64,000 nucleotides of DNA, taken from NCBI RefSeq assembly GCF_964355755.1, contig NC_092676.1:21036871-21100870 (forward strand), in the 5' to 3' direction. Below, one piece after another: positions 11,331 to 20,079 of the stretch. How positions within the stretch are numbered: position 1 is the first letter of the stretch; each line of letters opens with the position of its first letter. This DNA is from Antedon mediterranea. Its lineage: Eukaryota; Animalia; Echinodermata. Position numbers and translations under genes: made by a program. The notes under the pieces were generated by a model. That model was not told the origin of the DNA. It made no database searches and saw nothing but the letters and a program-made list of their open reading frames with translations.

Positions 11331-11799
11331 AAATAAATTACAAATTTTGTAGATACTGATGTTCCTTTATTTATTCTCTGAACTATCTCTTGTATCTCTA
11401 CAAATTACAGTATCATTAGCAACTTGAATAAACACCGTGAAAACTATAATAAAACAAAGATTAGCATTACAATGTAGGCCTAATCATATCATCATTGTAC
11501 AGGCAGACAAGCACAGGTCTGACTCATGGGGCCGGGGAACATGGTACCCTAAGGCCTAGGGCTAGCTCTCAGCAATGAAGTAAAACTCAACTAATTAAAA
11601 ATACAAGTCATAAGTTATAATTACAATCACATGAATAACCATGTGTAAATACCTTGTAGCCTATTTGGAGCCTATGGTAAAGATACTTTTAACAATGATT
11701 ATCTCTAAACTTTATGTCATAAAATGTGTCTTATTCTCTCTTATCACTTTTTATCTATCTGAGCTCTAGAGGGCCTCCTGTAAGTAGGCTGCAGTTACA
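11309..11799 (-). repeat. 5' LTR (491 bp)
   Basis: Starts TGTAAC and ends GGTAACA on the minus strand; AATAAA at ~11366-11375; the ORF's first ATG (11330) lies inside it. Confidence 0.95.
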
Positions 11800-13129
11800 C
11801 GCGCAGTTCCTTTGATTACATGCATATTGTTTGATAATAAAATAGCAGAATTAAAAAAATACAGTACACAAATTATACACATTCTTTATTCTTGTGGGTC
11901 TAAGCTTTCTTTGGGCTATGTCCAATGAATTACTACTTAGTGTAATGTCTTGCCTAGCTGTCGATTAGCCTCGACTCGACACATTTTGCATAGTGGTGTG
12001 CGTGTGTGTGTGAAGAAGAGTGCGCGAAGGCAGTCACGTGAATTGACTTAGAATCCTAGGCCTACTGTAAAAAGTATCGTATCGCAGTTGTGTAATCACT
12101 TCTTGTTGCTATACGCTTGGGTGCACACGGAACAAGAACATTTAACTGATGAATTATTCATGTTTATTTTGTGACGTTTCATGAGGGGGTCCCCAACTTA
12201 TGTACGAAAAAAAAAATCGCCCCCCGGCTGTCGTGTCTGTAGTGTCGTATTGAAAATTGCTTTGGGAATAATTAGAACCAAAATGCAAAATAAGAATTGT
12301 TATTATAATTATTTAGGAATTATATCCATACTCACCTGTGGTGGCGCCAGGTTGGAATAGGTGAGGGAAGGGGGTTGTTGCTAGTACGTGAAGAAATTTT
12401 CGTAAATGGTTCACTACACGGGGTTTCGACGTGCGGAATGCATTTCACACACGTTTAAGATTTATTCATTGAAAATCAAGTTCTTTAATGGGGTAGAGTA
12501 ACATATGTTAAAATCTGTAAAACCATATTATATTGGGTATCAATAAGAGGACAATGAACAATGCCGTCCTCTTGGTTATTCATTCATCATTCATTCAATC
12601 TTTTATTTCGGAATCTCTGGTCCATACAAAGTAAATTTAAAAGTAGGATTGTAAAATAGTGTTTTGGAACGTCATTTTCGTAACAAATCGTTTAAATGGT
12701 TTATGTGAAGTTTCGAGTGTTACGGTTATTAATACTGACTGAGAAAAAGTACACAATGTAAGGTATTGGAACCCCGGAATTAGGCCTGTAAGGAAGGTAG
12801 GATGGTTTATGAGTTCCACCGAGTGGCGCCAAATATATTTTCTTATTTTTTAGACGTTTGTTTGATCTCCGAGTTTGCCACTTTTGGAGAAGTATGTGTA
12901 TGTCCATCACATGACGTCTGTTATTTTTACATTATTATTAGTTGTTTTCCGCTTGTATAAATACAAATATACACTTTTTTCTGTGATCTCATTTATAATA
13001 ACACCTTCCAAATAGTGTATAAGTGAATTACAACATTACTGTTCATGTTTTTATACACCGTATAAAAGTTTTAAGCATTGCCATTTTTTTTACTGTGACA
13101 ATGTGCGCTTCACATTTTATTTTTAGATT

Positions 13130-16100
13130 ATGATGTCTTTCAAAATCAGTTGCGTCTGTTTACTTGTAATCTGTATGGGAAATAGATGCATGTCTAAACG
13201 TTACGACATCTCTAACTTAAGAGAAACATGTTCAACGACAAGCCAATGCGGTCCTCATCAATATGAACTAGGCTTAACAGAGACTGAAATCAACAAGTTT
13301 GCGCCGAAAGAGGCCAAGACATTTCCATGTCATTTAAATCGGAATCAACAAATCAGGTAATTTAGAAGAATTATCAAATTTATTTTATTGTATTGATGAT
13401 TTTGTTATATTGTATTTATTCGTTTGCATAGCACCTCGCCACGAACAGAGCGAGAGAACAGCTGATATACTACTTGATAAAAAGAAAATGCATACGTTTA
13501 AATAGAGGCACCAACAACAGGAAGCATGTCCCAGATGCATGAGGAAAAGGCCACCAACTTTCCTTTACATAATAGTTTTGTTACAAAGAATAACAGTAGA
13601 TAATATAATATTAATATACATAAAATGTATAATTTTAAGAAAAAAAAATGTTGAGTATATACTGTAATATATAAATTACCTCTAATGATTAAACCATTAG
13701 TTACGGCATTTTAGTTTACACCATGCTGCATCACATTTCATTTAAATATTTTTTTCTTTATTTGTTTTAATCCAACAATACAAATTTCATAATAACATTT
13801 TCATAAATTACTACCGGTAATGGCAAGAAAAGGAGGAGGAATTTAAGGATTTTAATCTCTTCCCCCCGCCCCACTTTTTTTAATCGAGAGTAATTGTTTA
13901 ATGACATGGAATGGAACACCTACTCTGAAAAACATAAATACTTCAATTAATATGCGAGTTTATTTTATCGTTTATTGCAGATACTATATTTGTCACCCGT
14001 GTTCTGTATGTGAACCACCATTTACAGTTCTTCTTGAATGTGGAAGAAAACACGACACAGTATGCTACCCCAATCATTCAAAAGGTTATTAATTTTACCA
14101 TTTGTTCTAATTTGATGCAAACACTCAACATATATATTCAACAAAAAATATGATAATAAATAGGACATAACCCAAGTAATTTTACCAATGAGAAGCGTGA
14201 TAGCTCTTTTGCGTTCATTTTCATGAGAACTTGGTTAAAACGTGGTTCCCACTAGGACGCAACGCAGCGACGTATCGACGCAAAGTGTTGTATTGCGTAA
14301 TCACAAGTGGGAACCGACGACGCAATAGTGCTGCAAACATCGCAGGTTTGATTTCACGCAGGCAGGGGCATCCAAACACAATTATTGGAAGGGAATTTTT
14401 TTATTTTGCGTAGATTGCGTTACGTTGCGTCGCTAGTGGGAACCAAGCTTAAGAAAAGCCCAGCCAAGAGAAGTATGCAAACGAATTAAATTGTTACGAT
14501 GATCCGCCCTGATAATGATATGAGCAGCTCTGTTCTGCATCTTTTGAAGCTGATCGGACAGACCCTTACCACAATTTCGCAAACTAAATCACAATAATTA
14601 ACGATTTGTAAAGTAAATTGAGTTTGGTTGTCAATCTTAATCAATCTCCATCTACCGCATTGTTTACCAAAATAAGTTTTTCTTTTTAACAGTTCAGCCG
14701 AGCTACATACCTAACCCTTCAACAAACGTGTCCCCAAAAACCATATTATATAGACAGCGTTTGCAAATAACTGCAGCCATGGATATACCGATCAATGAAG
14801 ATAGTGAAAGTAATAATAGAATAAAATGGCGGTTGTGGATGATTATTACTCTTGGTATAATTATTTGCGTTAATGTGGCGTTGGTTATCATAGTGAGGAA
14901 ACGGTAAGTGTATGACATTTAAAAAAAAAAAAAATTAATCCTTAAATGTATTATTCTTTAAGCGTGGTTCCCACTAGCGACGCAACGCAAGGACGTAACG
15001 CAACGTAAGTGAATTGACCAATCACAAGCGATGGCTTATTCGCATGTGATGTGTCTATAACTTCGCTTGTCATTGGTTAAAATGCTTGTTTGTTTGTTTG
15101 TTTTTATTTTTTGCTCATATAAAAATCAACAGTGGTACAGAAAATATATATACATCAAAAGTCGCAGACTTAACAAACAACAAAATCAGAACAAAGACAA
15201 CAACAAAAAACGAGTAGGAGCAAAAGATAACCCTCTAAACCCGGAGGTTTGCGTTGCGTTTCGTCCTTACGTTACGTTCTAGTGGGAACCAAGCTTTAAA
15301 GCGTGGTTTCCACTAGAACGCAACGCAGCGATGTATCGACGCAAAGTGCTGTATTGCGTAATCACAAGTGGGAACCGAGACGCAATATAGTGCTGAAAAC
15401 ATCGCAGGTTTGATTTCACGCAGGCGGGGGCAAACACAATGATTTTTACGTTGCATAGATTGCGTTACGTTGCGTCTCTAGTGAGAACCAAGCTTAATGA
15501 ACGGTGTTTTTAAACGCTGTTCATTAACAGATAATCAACACGTAAACAAGGACACTCAATAGCTGCTGTAACTGAAAAAATACCTGCGAAAGTGCACACA
15601 ACCATTAATTTGAATACACTATATTATTACATTTCAGGAGTAGACGTCCTTCCAAAAGAACTTTCAGAAATGAATCAACGGTCAACGTAATTCCCGCATC
15701 ATCTGAACAAACAGCCATAGGAGTAGACATACTCACAAACTGTAATATATCTTTAAGCACAACCACTCCGATGACTATGATAACAAGCACTAAACAGACA
15801 TCATACGACCCATTCTGGCTGGAAATTAAAGCAACCATTGGACCAGAAGGCGGTGTTTTATGTGACTCCAGATCTAGTGTAAGCTTAATTGTACCACCCG
15901 GGTCTATTCCAGAAACTCACCCCAAACAAGAGATTATCGTCCGAGTTGCACTTAAACCATCTAATTTTGGGCTTAACCAGCAAAAGTATTTAACTCTGCT
16001 AGGACCAGTGGTTGAATGTTTGTCGCCTGGTTTAGCAGAATTCAACTCGAATGTCACTTTGGTGGTGCCACATCGTGCTAAACTCAACCCCGACTGGAAG

Positions 16101-18013
16101 TTCCAGGTTCTACATTCCGAAGACAAGTACTCGGATCCCGTTTCTAAATTTCGATGGACAGTAACAAGTTCTAATCAAGATGCGAAACATGGTCTGCACT
16201 TTGAGGTTGACGAACATTTCTTTAGGATCAAAACAAGTCACTTTACAACATACACATGTGCTGGGAGCTGTTCTAGAAAGGCGCCCTTGAATCTGCAGGT
16301 TGTGGTGTATGGGGACTATGTTCATATAGACGGGAGGAAACAAACAGTCGATCTACGATGTTACGTCTGTGATACAATAAAGGATTATTCTCATACATTT
16401 CGTGTTAACGAGCGCAATGGTCCTTTGTGTGTACCACGACCAATCAACCATTTCTTCGACAAAAAGACAAAGAAAATTGAATTGTTTTTTCCAGAAGATG
16501 ATTTTGGAAGAGACTTTCCGTGGACATCTGAGACGTTTAACGATTCTCTTCCGAATTCAAGGGTAATTATCAATATTGATCAGTCACCATTAAAACCGTT
16601 ATCAGCAACATCAGAATAAACATCATCGTGATCAACATCATCATGATCAACACAAGCATGCTCAACACCTGCAGCATGATCAACACCAGCATGATCAATG
16701 CAAGCATGATCAATACCAGCATGATCAACACCAACATGATCAACACCATCTTGATAAAAACCATCATGATCAACACCATCACGATAAACACCAGCATGAT
16801 GAACACCATCATGATGAACACCATCATGATAAACACCATCATGATCAACGCCATGCATGCTCAACACCATCATGCTCAACACCATCATGCCCAATACCAT
16901 CATGCTCAACACCATCATGATCAACAACACCATCGTGATCAACACATATTGAACTCATTTTACTAAGTTTATTGATTACATATTTACAGGAAATATCTTT
17001 GAAGCACGTAGCCCGATGTTGTTCAGAGGCGATTCCACATTACGAGGCCTTCACGCTGAAACCTAAAGACGAGGAAACACAGGTCGACAGTTTAGAGATG
17101 ACATTGAAAATTTTTGCGAATGGTTTAACAGAAATCATTGGTCCAATAAGGATGATTACAATGGTACGTTCAATATTATACCTCTATTATTGTAGTTGTT
17201 TAAAATTAATCAAAAAACTGTTTACGAATTCCTGACAGTGTTAAACTAATGATATACTAAATTTGTTGTACTTATCGTTTGTTAAAGTATAAAGGCAAAT
17301 AGACAAAACTGAATGGGAACCTTTAATTGACTAAACTAATACATTTTTTATTTAGGATACCGGACGATTTCAACCACCAGCTCACTATACAGGTATTTGA
17401 CATTAATTTAAAATGAGAAAATATTTGCTTTTTCAAACTGCGCTTGACTGTCAACACATTAAGCTTTGTCTACACTATCAAACTTTATGTGATGTGTCCA
17501 TATATAGACATGATGATGTCATAACACTCCCATATTGCGGAGGTACCTAGAATTTTAGAAGAGCGTAACCTTTCATGGTATCTATGCATATTTACTAATT
17601 ATGATGCGGCGTTGATGTTTTGAGCGCGTCTACACAAACTAGCATAAAGTAAAACTTTGCATCATTAACCTATTGTATATAATGATAAAAATAATGTTTT
17701 TTGTTTAAATGTAGATATTGTGAGTAACGAAACATTAAGAGAAGTTTCACGACAGATTCCCAGAGATAAGTGGAAAGATGTCTATCGCACATTGCATGAT
17801 TTTGCGAAGTTTGAGGGAAGCGCGAACATTGATATTGAAAATATCGAGCACAACAATCAATCAGAAATGGGAGAAATGAAATACCAGGTATTGATGCTAT
17901 GGCGTACTAAAGCGGGCAGACAAGCTACGAAGACTGCATTAACGCAAGCCCTCAGGAGCTGCCAACTTAACAGTATCGCAGACGATTGCATCAAATTAGA
18001 GAGCACAATATAA
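13130..18013 (+). CDS. TNFR-like type I membrane receptor with cytoplasmic ZU5, UPA-like region and death domain (~658 aa)
   Basis: Exons 13130-13356, 13981-14084, 14693-14903, 15638-16562, 16990-17163, 17356-17392, 17715-18013; all introns GT-AG with consistent phases and no stops. Signal peptide; CHPCSVCEPPFTVLLECGRKHDTVC (TNFR repeat); TM LWMIITLGIIICVNVALVIIV; ZU5 GPEGGVL...VSLIVPPG...LGPVVEC...VTLVVPH; death domain KWKDVYRTL...YQVLMLW...LTQALRSCQLNSIAD. Confidence 0.85.
14239..14449. mobile_element. PIF/Harbinger-like MITE
   Basis: TIR A(A/G)CGTGGTTCCCACTAG / CTAGTGGGAACCAAGCT, TSD TAA. Confidence 0.8.
14961..15494. mobile_element. Two adjacent PIF/Harbinger-like MITEs of the same TIR family (14961-15295 and 15300-15494)
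   Basis: Same TIRs as 14239-14449, with TSDs TTA and TAA. The second copy is internally similar to 14239-14449. Confidence 0.8.
16621..16945 (+). repeat. Intronic 15-bp minisatellite (consensus CATCATGATCAACAC)
   Basis: About 20 degenerate tandem units inside the intron 16563-16989. Confidence 0.9.
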
Positions 18014-18503
18014 TTACATTCCATATTTCAGCTTGGTATAATTTGACGACGTGTCTAATAGGCTACAAACAGGAAGTCCATGAACAGGGAACCCACAATC
18101 CTCAAATCAAATGGCAAGATTCTACTTAAGTGTGTTATAACTTTATCATTATGTAGTCCACCCTTCACAACCCAAACGACATGTCACAATATTGTACACT
18201 TTAACACATTATTATTTTTGTATTGTATATTACCTGTATGATAGATAAAACTAAGACTGAAAGGATCCTATCATTGGTCGTCCAGTGCCCACTTTGAAAC
18301 AAGAAAGTGCATAAAGCCAATCATCTGAGGCAGATACTAGATGCAGTCTTTCAAGAACATGTCATTTTTTAATAGTCGAGAAAGATTATTTAGGGGGTTA
18401 GGTTTAGTATATTTAGGAAGTAGATCAGCTATCTTGCAATTCTTTATAATAACAAATATTATTATCATGATTTCTGTCTCAATTGCATAGAAAAAAAAAA
18501 TAA

Positions 18504-18599
18504 TACTCCCTTGTCCCATCCAACTCTACTAACCGGACCAACGTTGCTTATTCGGTGATCTGACGTGAACCAGTGTTTCAACGTGGTAAATGTTTAAAC
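18504..18599 (-). pseudogene. 5S rRNA-derived sequence (pseudogene or SINE3 head)
   Basis: Minus strand TACCACGTTGAAACACTGGTTCACGTCAGATCACCGAATAAGCAACGTTGGTCCGGTTAGTAGAGTTGGATGGG matches invertebrate 5S rRNA with indels. The 3' part is truncated and followed by a T-run. Confidence 0.8.
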
Positions 18600-19845
18600 C
18601 TGTTATGTATAGCAGCCTGGTAATGATGTGTATTAACATTTTATAAATATTAACGCTAAATTATAAACAATTCTCGACATTTTGCTCAGATATATACGTA
18701 CCCATACCAAAACAATATCCATTTCAAATAAAAGTGACATATTTCAAATGTGACCTGCTCTGGCAAAGTGAAACATAAGTCGAAAATTAAAATGTTTCAG
18801 ATTTGTATTCTATCTGGTAGGAAATGTAATATCCTTTACAATTATACGAAACTTAATATTTAACAATATATAATATATAAGGGGATCTTGAGATATTGTA
18901 CATTATGTCGAAGCATGTATAAAGAAATACAAATAACTATAATAACAATAATCGTTATTTTTATAACCTACGGTTATAAAATTAACTATTACATTTTATA
19001 TACAAATAACAGTTTTGAGAAAATCATGATTGCATGTAAATTAATGTTGGTTAATCTAATTGTGTATACTTTATAAGTATCACACATTCACAAAATATGA
19101 TACAACGAAATGTTTTTTTTTTTGGGTGGATATTGATTACCTTACTGTGCTATGCTATGTTAAGTACATACTTATGTTTCTTTTAAGCACTTACTTAAAA
19201 TGGTAAAAAAAGGGGTAAATTAATATTTTTTACACTGAAAAATTGTATTATTCTTTAAAATAACTTAGGCCTAAACTAATGTATACATTAAATTAAGTTA
19301 TATAACATTACATACCATTTCTTGAACTACTGGATTTAAGTACATTCTTAAAAGTGTACTAAAACAATTTAAGATAGCCTTTGTGTACGGTTTATTAACC
19401 GGTCAATTGAATTATGTCGAAGCTCAATGTGTGATCTTAATTTCATTTAATCCATGTCTTGTTTTTATACTATATTTTGATAATTAAATTTTAATGAATA
19501 TTATAATTATTAAGCGTTTCAGTGTACTGGTATTAAACGGCCCGGTTTTGGCCATGAAATAGGCATACTAATAAAAAAATAACGGATATTATGAACTCAA
19601 AGGTCCTTAACCTAATAAACGGCTTGTTAAACCTATAAAACATGGTAAAGATCAGAGACTTTAATAAACATTTTATCTGCACTCTGGCGGCCCACTGTTC
19701 AATTTTACTTTAGGCTGTATTTGTTTATTTTTTTCTCCTTTTTAAACATGTTTATTGAAAATTTCTCTGCTCATGTATTCTGGTAAATGTTGCAGTTTAG
19801 CATAATTAATAATGCCAACAATTAATAGAAACTGTGTCGGACGAC

Positions 19846-19881
19846 GGGGGGGGGGGGGGGGGGGGGCGGGGGGGGGGGGGG
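19846..19881 (+). repeat. Poly-G tract followed by a short (GA)n, ~200 bp upstream of the dehydrogenase ATG
   Basis: 36-nt G run with a single C. Confidence 0.9.
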
Positions 19882-20079
19882 CTGCCAGAGAGAGAGAGAC
19901 CTGGGAAACTTATTGAATACTGCGCATGTGCCGTACGATATTGCCTCATTTAACAACAGCCCAGATTCTGCAGGCAGAGAGGCGGTCTAGCTTGTACCAA
20001 AAGAACTTGTGTTATAAGTTCTTTGCTTGTACGTGATCTTGACTGGTCGTTGTCTCGGAAACTGGGCTAGATTTTAAGG

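Larger units (their letters stand above)
4687..11799 (-). mobile_element. Full-length BEL/Pao LTR retrotransposon
   Basis: Two 491-bp LTRs with TGT...ACA ends and a 5-bp TSD CGCGC (4682-4686, 11800-11804). PPT-like TTTGGGTGGGAG lies just before the 3' LTR. Domain order gag-PR-RT-RH-IN with BEL-type motifs. Confidence 0.97.
3786..12638. repeat. ~550-bp inverted repeats (3786-4332 / 12091-12638) enclosing the LTR element; foldback/MITE-like host structure
   Basis: 4203-4332 is the reverse complement of 12091-12220. 12219-12638 is a direct copy of 1227-1645 and so the reverse complement of 3786-4204. Confidence 0.8.

Noticed and set aside
16570-16966. Three repetitive ORFs (MINT-, MVLI- and DHAG-rich)
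   Set aside because: They are translations of an intronic 15-bp minisatellite; the receptor gene splices cleanly across it (16562 to 16990).
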